DNA of 62,934 bases, filler included, from Choristocarpus tenellus KU-1152 (Eukaryota; Protista; Phaeophyceae), in NCBI GenBank assembly GCA_964200185.2. It is 10 parts of 10 records of this genome, joined end to end, with 100 filler letters (N's around TTAATTAATTAA, not from the genome) between each part and the next. Parts side by side here need not be neighbours in the genome. Positions count along the whole stretch, not along the records: positions 1 to 5,337 come from CAXNAD020011106.1; positions 5,438 to 11,296 come from CAXNAD020009571.1; positions 11,397 to 17,880 come from CAXNAD020008038.1; 7 more parts are not named here. The stretch is one strand, 5' to 3'. Both the position numbers and the translations under genes were made by a program. Shown one piece after another: positions 1 through 12,945 of the stretch (within the stretch, counting starts at the first letter, position 1; every line of letters begins with the position of its first letter). Below the pieces are notes generated by a model. The model made no database searches. It worked only from the letters and a program-made list of their open reading frames with translations, and had not been told where the DNA came from.

Positions 1-3000
1 CCCCCCCTCTCCTCTCCTCGTCCCTTGAATTTTGTCTTCCATCCTTCTCCCACAAAACCCCCCCTTTCCCTCGCCTCGATAGCAGACCTTAGAACTGTCA
101 AGACCTTGGTAGGAATATTTTTGCCGTTCCCAACAAGTTTGTCGAATATCGAAACAATACCCGCCACGGGTTCCCAGCTTACGTTTTTAACTCGCTCCGG
201 TTTCCCAGTTTGCACGGATCTATCACCAGCGTGTATGTAGCCTTCAACAAAAGTACTTTTTCCATACTTTTCAAGGGTCAAAAACGCGGGGTTGTCACGT
301 GTGTGGTCACTGGTCGACCGAAGCCAGTGAAGATCCACCCCACGCTCCCTGTCGTTGCCGACGCGCTCCGCTAGGATCTTGCCGACCAAGAGCGGCACCT
401 CCGTTGCCACAAAAAAGGCAAACCTGCCTTCCTGCACGGTGACGAGGTTTCCATCGTTCGTCGATCTCAAGGTAGCATGAGGCCAACCCTGTCGACGGAA
501 GCCAGCTTCTTCCGTGTCACTGTCCGATGAGAAAGAGTCTGTTTCCTCGAGCCCGCCAAGATCATTGTCACCGTTGACGTGATTACCTCCTCCACCCGAG
601 CGTTCGCCCTCGTCGGTGTCTTCAACGTCGCTGGTACCAGTTCCAGCGCCATCGTCATGGGTGGGAAACCAATGGACTGGGAGATCGAACTCTTGTTTCC
701 CTGTCTTCTTGAGAAGCCGCACAGACTCGCTTTGCTCGTGTTTTGCTCTCTGAACAGCTTCATCGTCTGCGAAGGTGGATGGCAGGAGCATGAGAACATC
801 AATGGTATGGAAACATGAATGTGACTTTGTAACCAGCCGTAAGGTTCCACGAAGGTGCTTGGGGAGCATGTAGTGAGAGGGAGGGTGTAGATTTCGTCGG
901 ATTCGTCTCTGTTGAGTACAAGACCAGTACCCTCAAAACAAGTATCGCCGGTAATCTATGGTACTTGTTTATTGTGACACGTGACGATCACTTCGCATGA
1001 GAATGGAATATTTTTCTAGGTTGTTTTGTCAAGGCTGTAAAGGCTGCCTCGCACAGAAGTTGCACCATATTTTTTTGGCTGCCACCGAATACTAAAATTG
1101 ACCATCAACACCCCTCACGAAATGTTCGACTTACCCAGTGGGTACGCAGCAGCGAGGCACTCGTGCGATGCCTGGTACCGCTGCTCCACCTTCAGGGTGA
1201 CGTCTTCGGGAACGCTCTTGAGCTGGTAGGGGGGTGCATCTTAGAGACGAGGCGGGTGACCGATGAAGAGGTCATGCGGAGGGGCGTTGGGGTCGATAGC
1301 AACATTGGTGCCTATCCCATTCCATGCGGTGCTGTGCATGTATTGCTTTACCCTAACCTTAACTCGCCCATCACCGCCTTTTTCAACGAGAAAAGCCCTG
1401 TAGCTCGAGATGTTGGGAACACGGTTGATGCGACCGTGAAGGAGTCCCTTGAAGTTACCCTCGTTCCGTAGGGTCTTGCAGTAGACTGGAACCTCCTTGT
1501 AAGAGGCCTGCAGCTCTTCACCCAGCTGTGTTCTTGTGAAGATGTTCTTCCCTTTGATACCACGTGAGAACCTGAAGGTGAAATGCAAGCAAGTTTATTT
1601 TGAGGCGGGCGCGAAAGAAATGAAGTGGAGAAGCAAGACATATATGCAGGTACATGCTCTGATGCATGTATATGGAAGTATAAATATAAAAAGGGGAGGT
1701 ACGTACATTTTTTTTGTTTTTGTTTCAAGGCTAGGTTACAATGCAGTTTTGCCAGCTGCTCTTCTCGTGCTATTTTTTTGTGGGGAAATCAAAAGTCAAT
1801 CAATCAATTGCAGTGTATGACCTAAAACCTTCCAGAGTGGCAACAAGCGTGAACTGCAAGCCTCAAGGCAATATCTGTCAATGTAAAAACACCATGTCGC
1901 TATCGCATTCACGGTGCGTGCCTAATTACCTGGAGAAGATTTGATCGATCTTGATGTGCGTGTGTCCCACTATCATAAAATGTATCTCGACCACACGAAT
2001 GACACTCGCCGCGACCAACAGCCCCGCATATCCGAGAAAGAAATTGTTCTTGTTCTCTGAGACGCGGTTGACGACCTGGGTAGTTTGGGGAGTTGGGAGC
2101 GAGGGAGGGATAGGCGTGAAGCCGATATGTCAGCCCGTTTCACCACGTTTCGTGGAGAAACAGGGCGTGTTTCCAGTAGTGCTAGGGCGCAAGCTCTACA
2201 TCACCGCCATCATACATGCAAGTTGCAACCCACAAACCAAAACTAAATACCACGCAGTTAGTTACTTGGTGGTCGCTATTCGACGAGTAGATCGCAAGTA
2301 GATCGTCTCAAGATGAAACTTTCTTACCTTCCAATGCGTGTGCTGGATGATGTAACCCCCCTCGTGATCGAGGCTGTTGTGGTACTTGTCGATAAGCCTT
2401 GCGAGGGCAAGGTGGGTGGGTGTGCAGACAAGGTTACAACCTGCGCAAACTATGATGTCTGTCGTTAGTTGGCAAATAGTACTCTGCTTACTTACGCATT
2501 GTTTACTTGGAGCTAAAAAGAGGGGTAATGCAATGAGCTTTGCAATGTAGAGCACATACACCCGACTGGCTGATATAGATGTCTGTCGGTTTCCCTCCTC
2601 CTTGATTAGCTCTTACGCCCCTCTCACCCTTCCGAAGCTGAGGCGTACGAGGGCAGGGGAGCACAGCGCATCATCAGTTAATCGACTGGTCACCAGGCCT
2701 GCGGTATCGTAGGCAAACCGTGCAAGGATGTACTCGTCCTCGGGTATCTAACCTGCGGCGGGTCCCCTCACCATGACGGTAAATCAAGTGGTGCGTGCGC
2801 AACCAGCATCTATTCGGCCGTGTGATTGTTGTGCCACAACCCACAATACGTACCTCCTCCAAGATTTTGAGGAGTGAAGAACACCTCCACGAACTGGCCT
2901 TCGACATGTGCGGCCATGATCTTCTGGCGCTCGGAGTAGCACCTGATAACAAGGACATGAACCAAAGAAACGTGTAAAGAAAGGTGTTACGGTGCGTCAT

Positions 3001-5087
3001 CATCATGATGAACGGATAGGTAGTGGAATTATGTGCGTCTGTTTTGGCGGTTATTTCTTGGGACGTTACACTCACTCGTCCAATAAAACAGGGTGGTCTA
3101 TTCTCTTCTGCGTGCGGCTGGAAACCTGTTGACAAATGGACTATGGGTGCGTGTGGTTACCTGTCACTGTCGTGGGTAGGTGGGTAAAGTGCTGGGAGGG
3201 TGTGGGATGTCTGGTTCGCCGCGTCTACAGATATGAACACGAAGCCGAGAGGTTTGCCGTCGGCTTTGGCCCGCATGGTGCTGCTGGTGTTGTTGGCGAT
3301 GACCAGCCGATCCACTTAGATAATCTGGCGAATGGAGGAGAGCAACATCACGTCTATATATCAAATAAATCTGCTTAGAGGTGTAAAAAAATGGCCACTT
3401 GTTAACACATACCAGGTACGTGACAAAAATCGAGTATAGGTAACAATAAATGTTTGTCTTTGCTCCTATTTTTTACTGCTGCATTCAAGGCAAAGAGAGT
3501 ATTATCGGCACGGGAGCACGTACGTACGTACGGGGCCGGAAGACCGCAACATGGCATGTCCCTCCCACAGCCCGTTGTAGACGACCAGGAGAGTGAAAGT
3601 ATCTTAGAGGGTACGAGTTTTGGCCTGTTTGTCCATTTGGGGCTTGGCTTCCCTTGAGGTTCTTACGACATTTTTCTACTCCAAAATATTTCGGATTAGG
3701 TAAAATGTGTATGTTATGAAAAGCTGTGTCCTGAACAAGGATATTGACACTTCCTAACAAACACGATAGTCAAAATTATATCGAAATCGCACCATTGGAT
3801 TTTGGCCCCCAAATGGACGCGGCTTTACCCTCTAAGATACTTTGGCTCAGGAAACAGTCCCTCACACAAGGTGTTTGGGCAACTAATAACAACAGTTTTG
3901 CGCTGAGTGAGGCTGCTGCTGCCATAAGCACCTGCATCGGAGTCTTCATTCGCAAAAGGCAACAGATGTTGTTCCCAATGGAGGGCAATGACGGTGACAT
4001 GTTGCTACTGTACGGTTGTCACAAAATTAACGCTCGACACCTACCTTTCGATGGTCTGACAGCTCCTTATCGATGGACTCGAGGACGGTGGAGTCGTTCG
4101 TGGGTTTTACACCAGGCGCACCCTGCCGCTTCTCTTTTAAAGTGGCACATATGTCACATTTCATAAATTCGCCTCCTACCCTCACCCTGATGTTGGGCCT
4201 GTCCTCTCTGAGCAATCGGAGGAAGTGCACCCGGCTTACCCGCTTGGAAGTGTCGTCAGGATACACCCATATTGCCTCTTTGCAAAAATCCTTGTATAGC
4301 TCCTAATTAATTATGTTGTTTGTGTGGACAAGTGAGGAATTATTGAGAAGGAACACTCGAAGAACACCGCTGCACGATCTCTCGAAGGCGGACTGACCAA
4401 TAACTTAACTGACAACACGGAAGACAGGATCAAGCAAGCTTACATCATGCGTAATGAAAGAGAAAATAGAATGATCTTCGTAAATCTGCCGCGAGCGCCA
4501 TTCTCTTCGGGTCTCGCCGCCGTTTGTAGAAACGTAAAGGAGGTGAATCTGCCATCATCATCATCATCATCATCGCGAAGTTCTTGAGACATATGAAGTT
4601 AACACTTTTACTACCAAGGTCAGACTGGGCCCGGGGCCGCAGAGTAGGTGTACCCAGCGGTGAAATAACAGTTACTGTGCCTTCCTCCGTAAAAGCGACG
4701 AAGAGTACCATCATCATCATTGTAGTCTCGTCATTACAAAGAAAAAAAATAGTACTTCGCACGAAGCTTCACATTTTTTTTAACCATAATCTCAGACCAG
4801 TCAAAGTAATAACCACCCACCACTTGAAATATTCCTTCGATCCACTTCTTCTACATACCGCAGGGTCACACAGTTTGCAACTAACTCCAACGCAGGGTGT
4901 GGCCAACCTCTCCACAACCAAGGGCAAAACCTACGTCTTTGTTCGCGGCGTAGATCACAATTGCGGTCTTGTGAGGCATGAACTGCCCGTACTTATCCGC
5001 CCAGTAGTCTATCCAGGACATCACCAGGTCTCGCTTTGGAGCCATGTCTTTCTCTTTGTTCGTGCCGTTCCTGTTGTGGTAGCGCAC
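1..5087 (-). pseudogene. Intron-containing DUF7869/Sola1-like DDD transposase pseudogene (autonomous-type DNA transposon relic)
   Basis: Spliceable minus-strand exons: ~5087-4935 (WIDYWADKYGQFMPHK); 4302-4045 (FLRLLREDRPNIRVR..FMKCDIC); ~3320-3160 (FVFISVDAANQ, first catalytic D); ~2960-2850 (IMAAHVEGQFVEVFFTPQNLGGG); ~2440-2295 (GCNLVCT..LETIYL); 2075-1930 (VVNRVSENKNNFFLGY..FMIVGHTHIKIDQIFSR); 1571-1241 (FSRG..NFKGLLHG..RVKQYM). An open C-terminal segment runs to the window start. The expected DNC motif reads VNR and in-frame stops occur. Confidence 0.8.
3591..3848 (+). mobile_element. MITE family A (Sola2-like termini), complete 258-bp copy
   Basis: TIRs GAGTGAAAGTATCTTAGAGGGTA / TACCCTCTAAGATACTTTGGCTC. 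Perfect 4-bp TSD AGGA (3587-3590, 3849-3852). Sits in an intron of the DUF7869 element. Confidence 0.95.
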
Positions 5088-5337
5088 GTATGTATATATG
5101 GATGGGAGGTGTGTTGGAGGTGGATATAAGGGACGGGGGATGGAATCGTAGAGAGTGCGTAGGCCGGAAGTGGATCTCTAATTCTGTATGTATTTACGCA
5201 TGGTAACTGCAGCAGCAGCGCAAGGACGGCCACATGAGATGATATTGTTGAAGTATAAATAAACATATCACACATATACATACACATATATATGTAAGAC
5301 ATAACTCCAAGCTGGAGGGATCTCTAACTTTGTACAT

Positions 5338-5437
5338 NNNNNNNNNNNNNNNNNNNNNNNNNNNNNNNNNNNNNNNNNNNNTTAATTAATTAANNNNNNN
5401 NNNNNNNNNNNNNNNNNNNNNNNNNNNNNNNNNNNNN
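5338..5437. other. Artificial contig-joining linker N44-TTAATTAATTAA-N44
   Basis: Identical 100-bp spacer with stops in all six frames. Also at 11297-11396, 17881-17980, 21067-21166, 23904-24003, 34583-34682, 40835-40934, 52764-52863 and 58798-58897. Confidence 0.98.
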
Positions 5438-5592
5438 GGGGAACCACACCAGAGTGCCCATTTGGACAAAACCAGGAAAAGCACACTTTCATTATCCATC
5501 CAACGTATGGAACCATATCACCCAAAAATCGCGACATGAAAAAATTGGCCCCAAATGGACAGCCGCCCTCCCCCCCCCAGATACTTTGAGCC
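5438..5592 (-). mobile_element. MITE family B (G-tract termini), partial copy
   Basis: Reverse-complement homologue of 32624-32903. Ends CCCCCCCAGATACTTTGAGCC. Truncated by the contig start. Confidence 0.85.
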
Positions 5593-7689
5593 TCTCCATC
5601 ATAATATGTCTGTCGAGGCATGTGTCGGACTGGCGAAGAAGGGGGTGACTCACAAACAGAATTTGGCCTTTGTTGTTCCTCAAAGTCGTGTCTGTCGTCA
5701 GTATGGTGGCAGTGTAGGACTTGTCCAGAACCAGGCCCGTGTAGAGGAACGTCTTGATCAATACTGTAGTGTTGGACAAGAAGCTGCATATTTCACTAGT
5801 CGTCATTCTCCCATTTGACCTCGTAGGGGTAGCTTACTCGCTCCTCTCAAACTTTCACCATGTAGTGGGGCTGGTAGTTGGTCACGGTCCCTTGCATCCG
5901 CTGATCGTCTCATCTGAAGTATAGTTCCCTGCCCTTGTCTCTGGCAATGAGTGTTTCACCCTCATCTAAATCCGGCACATAACTCTGTGTCGGTTCAAGG
6001 GTATATATTTCTATGTATCCTTGTCCATATCCCTACGCTTCCGCCAGTGGTCAACAATGGACCGACTGCGTTGTTTGACACAGAGGGCTGCAGCCTCATC
6101 ACTGTCCCTCCTGTTCTTCTCTCGAAGTTGGTTGAAACCCTCCTCAATCTCGTCCTCTGTCATGTACAACCCCAGTTGAGGGGGTGAAGATTTTTCGCCA
6201 TCGTCCATGAGGTAGGACTCTGAGTAAACGTACGCCTCTGAACCATCTACGTGAACATTGCTGACCTTCCTCTGTATGATGGCCCCCCCACTCGCGCGTA
6301 GGATGAAGCTGGTTCCTCGACCGAACCTGGCATCGGATGTGTCCCCAAGTCTGAGTTGCCTAGAGAAGCAAGCAGGCATCCCACTGAGAGAATGCCGGTT
6401 GGATTCCGAGGTGACCCTTTGGTATTGACCAGGCAGGATCGTGAATGTGTTGTCCAGGTGGTTGTGGTCGATGTCTGTGAAGTCTGGGATGATGATAGCC
6501 TAAAGGGGCACGACATGGGGACCCGGTTGTGCGTCCTGCATCACCACAAACATGTTCGTTGAGGGGACTGTGTTGGTGTGTAGGACTATTGGAATGTGTT
6601 TGCGTGTTATGGTCTGGTTTGGTTGTATAGGGGTGTTATTGGTTGATTTATTTTTAGAAACGGATAGTTTTATGTAAGATAGAGGACACACTTAGGCAGC
6701 GGAATGAATGAATGGGATGCGCTTATTTGCCCTATGTAAGTTTTGAAATATTATTCGTAAGGTGTCAGTGGCGGTTGCGGATTGGGAGAACAAAATGAGA
6801 CTGATTTGGATGTCAGGATTGGACGTTATGGGGGAGGAATCTATCTTGGTTAGAGGGGACATAAGGGGATATGTGACACCTGTATATGGACAGGTGGAAT
6901 AATTCATGTGGGGCATTGTTCCCTTAGAAGCTATAAGAAGCGTTACTCACCTTGTCCGTCCATTAAATGTGAATAGTTGGCACTCCATCGACGAAGCTAG
7001 TACTCAGCGCCTCGAAGTCTTCAGTGACAAAGACGGCCTCATTTCCAGCACTGAACATCCTTGCGTAGCTGGAGTGGTGTCTGGCGTTCCATTGAATCGT
7101 GTCCTTGCGGTGGACAGTGAACGGTAAGAACTCTCAACCATTGTACTCCAATGGCTGCGTCCGCACAATGCATATGTTCCCCTCGGCGAGCTGTCTCTTC
7201 TTTCTCGACAGATGACTTCTCAGATACATATAATCCATTACCGCTTCCATGGAAAATCCGAGGTCTATCTCCTTAAGCGGGGGCATGTGGGTTAGTTGCC
7301 ACCTGCATTGGGCCAGGTTGCCGATGGAACAGTTCATGAAGTAGCACGACAGTTCTGTGCATATCAATGTACGGGAGTCTCCGGTGGTGAGCTGACCAGG
7401 GAAGAATCTGTGCATGGACTTGATTCCACCGAGGTTTGGGACGCGTGGGTCATGTCGGCCCGCACGGTCAATCTTGTAAGACGGAAGGTGGACTATCTCC
7501 TGCGTGCGGAACGTGTCGATGTATAGAAATTTCGTAGACGTGTTACTGTGCTGTCTGCCGTCCCTGTCTTTCCAATCCTAAGGTTTGTGGTGATTGTGCG
7601 TATAAGGAGAGGGGTGGTGTGTGTTGGAGTCAGTGTCAGCACAGAAGCAGTGTGCTGTGACCGATTTGATGTGATGGCATTTTATTTGG

Positions 7690-8735
7690 AGTGATATGTG
7701 CTACCTATTGCTGTAACGAGTGTTTGGTAATGACGGATGGCAGTATGTGATGAAGCCCAAAACTTTGAGTTTTGTGTTAGTTTGCCGATTGGCAGACTTC
7801 TGAAGAATAGAGAGCGATGTTTCCAAGTGTGCATGGACTTCGTGCGGTCGATTAAGAAGTGCGTATGAGCGATCATCATATGATACGTGGTGTCGTCATG
7901 AAGGGAAGGCACGGATGTGACATAATGGGTCGACGAAATATATTGCCTTGGTGGTATATATGAGTTAGTGAGGGGCAGGAGGGTGCAGAGTGTCGCGAGT
8001 TGCAAACAGGGATTAATTGTTGTGGGTGGGGATAATCATAGAGTTAAAGTGTCTTAGAGGGTACGAGTTTTGCCCTGTTTATCCATTTGGGGCTTGTCTC
8101 CCCACGCGGCTCTACCCTTAAGATACTTTGACTCATACACGTAGTACATGTGGTATCTATTCCTGCGGCAAGCGATGGATATATGGCCGACGTTGTTACG
8201 TGAAAGGAAACAATAACTTGGAGTTTGGGGTTAGTTTACCAATTGGCAGAATCATTGTAAATCGAGGGCGACGGTTGCAAGTGTGCACGAACGGTGTGCA
8301 ATCGATTAATAAATGCGTATGTGTAATTATCATGTGCTTTGTGGTGTTGACATGAGGGAAGGCGCGGATATGATAGAATGGGTCAACAATATCTATTGCG
8401 TGTTTAGTGTATGGGTTATCAAGGGTCGGGGGGTGCAGACTGATGCGAGTGGCAAGGAGGGATCAGGTCCAGGGGGGAGGGAGAATGATGCATGTAGTAT
8501 ATGTGGTATATATTCCTGCAACAAGCGATGGGTATATGGTCGACGTCGATACTGGAAAGAAAAGAGGAACTTGGAATTTTGCGCGAGTTTACCAATTGGC
8601 AGACTTATACAAAATAGGCGGCGATAGTTGTAAGTGTGTATAGACTATCTGTGCAGTAATTTCATAAGTGTGTATGTGTGATCTTGATGCTGTGCGTTGT
8701 GTCAGCGTGAAGGGAGCGACGGACGGGACATAAGT
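7690..8735. repeat. Diverged tandem repeat, ~354-bp unit, ~2.7 copies, inside the intron of the Sola2-like element
   Basis: Anchor ATGTG(C/G)TA..TATT at 7696, 8148, 8501. Period is 353, and ~355 once the inserted MITE is removed. Conserved near-palindrome AGTTT(G/A)CC(G/A)ATTGGCAGA(C/A)T at 7779, 8233, 8586. Confidence 0.85.
8041..8134 (+). mobile_element. MITE family A, internally deleted 94-bp copy
   Basis: Both termini present (GAGTTAAAGTGTCTTAGAGGGTAC ... TAAGATACTTTGACTC) with the middle deleted. Flanked by an ATA/(C)ATA duplication. The equivalent site in the next tandem unit is empty. Confidence 0.9.
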
Positions 8736-10773
8736 TCGAATGGTACGTGTTGAGTGTTTGTTGCATATGTGGGCAAGGGGTGTACGTGTTGGGGCTATTG
8801 CCAGTGGCAAATAGAGGCCGAACTTTGTGAGTGGGGGTGGGGTCATCGTGTGGAGTGTGCCTACCTTTGTGACGATTGTCTGGCCCGGATGAACCTTTTG
8901 ACCTTTGCGGTAGCGCCACCCTTCCTCTGGTGTCGGATCCCTCAAGGTATACTGAGTTTTGATCGCCTTGATTGTATCCACTAGGGATGAGGTTCCTGGC
9001 ATGCACACCCCGCGTAGTTCCAGTCTCCTGGCAGCAGACTTCACCACAGCCCCGACTCCATTAGACAATGACTTGCCGTGTCAGGGGGCAAAGAAGTTGT
9101 GTACTACGGAAATTCCCATCCGTGCTAAAGACTGAGAAACCCACCACATCGGCCACCTGTTCTTGAACTGACTCCCGCAGCCATCGGACCAGATATGGAG
9201 GACCTCCAGGGTCTCTCCATATTCAATGGCTAGAGGTACTAGGTGGTCTTTCACAAACATCTCCACGGCATTCTGCACTAACTCGTTGTCTTGGCTTCAG
9301 TCTTCACTGCACACGGTCATGCTGTACGCCCAAACCCTTCCCTTCCCAAGATTTCCCTCTTCCCTGAGACCCCTCAACCACCAGACAATGGTCAGAAGCG
9401 CTGTAAGGAATAGATTGAAGAACTCTTATTATGTCAAGTCTTGGTTGTGTTGCAGGTGGGCGCTGAAGTCCACGAACATGGCAGCATGTCCTTTGGGTAG
9501 GCGGTATTTGCAGTGTTTGTATTGTTGCGCCTGCCAAATGGTGATGTCGTGATGAAGGAAGAAGCTCTTGTCAAGTTTGAAGATATAACTTTTAGGAGTG
9601 TAGGGAATCCCTTCGTCCTTTGGAACAGCACCTGCATCGAATGGGCCAGGTGTTCGCATATCGAGCGTTGTTGCTGGTGATAGGTCGTGGTAATTGAGGC
9701 TTTGCTGTCTTGTAATCGATTTGTTCTGTGCTGTGGGAGGGATATGAGATCGCGATTGAGTTTTGTGGAAAGTCGAGGATGATGGTTTGGAGGCGTGCGA
9801 CTGCAAAGAGGTTAGTATGTGGACAGCCGCAACTTTTGCCAGACTTTGTCGTAGGACAACGTACGGCAAAAATGACATGATGCATGTGGCTTGAAGTAAG
9901 CTGGTATGTGGACAGCCGCAATTTTTGCCATAGTTTGTCGAACGGTAAAGTATGGCAAAAATGACATGAGGCGAGCAGATGAAGGAAGCGCGAAACACGA
10001 CTTGGTATAATTTCATTATTGCGTAAGGGTGAGAGACGGTGTCAGGATAGGGCACAGGGTTAGGGTTGGGATAGGTGCTAGGGTTGGGATAGGAAACAGA
10101 AACTGGAAGGAACATCGTTTGGTTCTGATACATATCGGAACAAAGATATCGGAGAACATGAACTTCGTCGATAGGTTTTGATCTGCTCTTGATGGGAGGA
10201 CATGTGTGTCACCGGTTTGGAACTACGGTGGAACTAGTGAACACCACGTCTCTCTGATTTCGCTGCAAATGTGCGATTTCGGAAGGATATGGTGACCATA
10301 TGCTTCGCTATGCCTAGTCTTCAAGCGCTAATCCCTCCTTCAGGAAATTACAGAACGCACAGGCTACATTAGAGTGTGTCCCGCTGCGATGGAGGCCTGG
10401 TCTTGCCTTTGGGATGTCCTGGGGTCTACCCCTCCGGAGTCCACGAGTTCATTCCCGTTGTTAGCGAGGTCCCCTAGTGGCTGGCGGGTCGTCATCGTAC
10501 ATCTGTGGTGCGATGGATGTGGTCCACTTGAAGAACTGCGACAATGATTCCTCTATATTGTCCAGACCCGTTGGTTTGTTGTCAACAGAGTGAGGGAGTG
10601 TGGGGTTTGTCGCATATGTGGTTTGGCGAAAGTGTTTTTGTTATGCACTATAATATTATTATACAAAACTGCAAATATATATAAAAAAGAAGATGCCAAC
10701 TCAAAGTTTGACCCTCTCGCACTAATGAACAATTAGCGCATGGAGAGTTACATACATATATATACACTTTTAT

Positions 10774-11030
10774 GAGTCAAAGTATCTTAGAGGGTAGAGC
10801 CGCGTCCATTTGGGGGCCAAGACCCAAGGTTGCGATTTTGATGTAATTTTTGCTGTTGTGCTTGTTAGGAAGTGTCAATATCCTTGTTCGGACACACCTT
10901 TCCATAACTTACACGTTTTACCTATTCCAAAATGTTTCGGAGTAGGTAAACTGTCAAAAATAATCTGTGGGAAGTCAAGCCCAAACGGACAAACAGGGCA
11001 AAAATCTTACCCTCTATGATACTTGCAGCC
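10774..11030 (-). mobile_element. MITE family A, complete copy
   Basis: Reverse orientation relative to 3591-3848. TSD TTAT at 10770-10773 and 11031-11034. Confidence 0.93.
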
Positions 11031-11257
11031 TTATGTCTGTATTTGTTCTACTTCAATGGCATCGTATACATGCATAGAAATTTCAAGACATGTGAAGAGA
11101 GAAAAATTCCCTTTATTGAATATCCTTTTTTATTCCCGAGGAAAAGGTACACCCCAACTGGCCTGTTCATAACCACAAAATATATGCTATTATTTAATAG
11201 GGGTACAATATTTCATGGAGGTTGTTGTTCTTGTATGGACTACTGTGAAGTTGTTAT

Positions 11258-11296
11258 GAGCCAAAGTATCTTAGAGGGTAGAGCCGCGTCCATTTG
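11258..11296 (-). mobile_element. MITE family A terminus (contig break)
   Basis: GAGCCAAAGTATCTTAGAGGGTAGAGCCGCGTCCATTTG runs into the linker. Confidence 0.9.
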
Positions 11297-11628
11297 NNNN
11301 NNNNNNNNNNNNNNNNNNNNNNNNNNNNNNNNNNNNNNNNTTAATTAATTAANNNNNNNNNNNNNNNNNNNNNNNNNNNNNNNNNNNNNNNNNNNNGACA
11401 CGCTCTTCCTGCTGCAGTCCCGCGACGCGGGCCTGCTCAACCTATCCAGGCATCGCTCCGTGTCCGCCCCCCCCCCCCCCCCCCCCTCCCCTCCCGAATA
11501 TTTAGTACCTACTCCCTAGAAAAAGATTTTAAGTCCCTGTTGGCTCTCTGGACCAAACACATTTTATCTCAGACCCCAACACTCCAACAGTAGAGGTTTT
11601 TTAGTGTGTTGCATCCCTGCTTGAGTTC

Positions 11629-11631
<3 letters not shown>

Positions 11632-11673
<42 letters not shown>
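11632..11673. repeat. (TA)n microsatellite
   Basis: About 20 TA units, read directly. Confidence 0.95.
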
Positions 11674-11678
<5 letters not shown>

Positions 11679-12945
11679 TTGGCTTGATTGAGAAGGCGGG
11701 GGACTGGGAAAAGATGTGTTTGTTATGTTTCCCACTAACAGGTTGCCTGCAATGTTTTGAACCCATGCCGTCAGGACTTCAATTTGTCTCTGGCCACAAT
11801 CGGGACAACGTTCCTCACCACTGCCATCCTGGAGGCAGGTCGCCTGAGCCTTGATCACAAGGGGTGCCCGTTCAACATCCTCTACGATGGCGAGGACCAG
11901 CACATCCCTACCGATATAGTACCTGTTAAGTTCTGAGGTGTCTTGCTTGGTAGTGTTCATCGCCTCCCCCCTGCTTCGAGGCAGCTTCTCCTTGTCTATA
12001 CCCTCCCCATTGATCATTTGGGTTGTGAAAGCATAGCGATCCAACTGCTCGAGTTCATTCAATACAACGATCGGTATCATGATGAAGAGCTTTTGATTTG
12101 TTGGTTATTTTTTTGTTGCTAAATGTGCTGTGCGTTTGTTATTTTTTCTCATGGCACCTCCCACGGGTCAGCACTTTGATTCAATCAAGCACAAGTCAAT
12201 TGTTTTTGATCCCGTCTAGTCCATACTCACAATCCATATCGGTTTATGAACCTAATGATCAATGTATGTTATTTTGGAGACAAGCCTTCATGATAATTGT
12301 ATAGGTTGTGCATACCAAGGGTATAGGAGTCTCCCCTAGTGTTGAGCAGGTTAGCAAGTATTCGTTCAAAACAGCTAACATGTTATCACTCCCTGTAGTA
12401 GTTGCTTGCTTTGGGTGGATGGAGTTACATGAAGCAGTTGAAGGCATTTTGTTTGTTTGTGATTTATGTATGCTGGCAGTTACTGTTGTTTTCTGAAGGA
12501 GCATTACTGCTCCGTGTCTGTAGGACACTTGAAGTCCAAGGCCCTGTCATTTGTATGAGCATTGTTCCCGACACCATGCACGTTGGTATTAACGGAGAAG
12601 ATTCCGATTGATTGGTTGCTTTGCACACACCAGATCTTCTTCAACCCCTATCTTTATTACAAGAAAAGAGCAAAATGGAAGAAATGCAAGAGAGATTCCA
12701 ACACAGTAAGAAACGGTTGGATCCGCAGGTGTACATATCAGTACTAGAAAAATACGGCACCAGTGCCAAGGTCCGAAGCACGGAGTTGCTAGGTGTAATC
12801 AGTAACTAATACAGATACACTTTTGAGTTATTGCAAGCACCCTGAAGTCTGTAACGTCTAGGCATACAATTCAAATGCACACAATCACAAACACACAAAA
12901 TTTCAACAATAGCATTCCATTTCGAAGCATCAGGGAGCAGGAAGA

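Larger units (their letters stand above)
5600..9900 (-). pseudogene. Intron-containing Sola2-like DDD transposase pseudogene
   Basis: Minus-strand motifs FFLHHDITIWQAQQYKHCKYRLPKGHAAMFVDFS (D1), LHIWSDGCGSQFKN (D2), HNFFAP*HGKSLSNGVGAVVKSAARR (HGKxxxDGxG motif, D mutated to N). Splice donor at 8865. Downstream exon ~7590-6950 contains GIKSMHRF..LSCYFMNC; further coding remnants at 6560-5600. Several in-frame stops. Confidence 0.8.

Noticed and set aside
11745-12080. Possible coding exon (minus-strand ORF 11631-12080)
   Set aside because: No recognisable domain; the ORF tail is the (TA)n microsatellite and the contig ends nearby.
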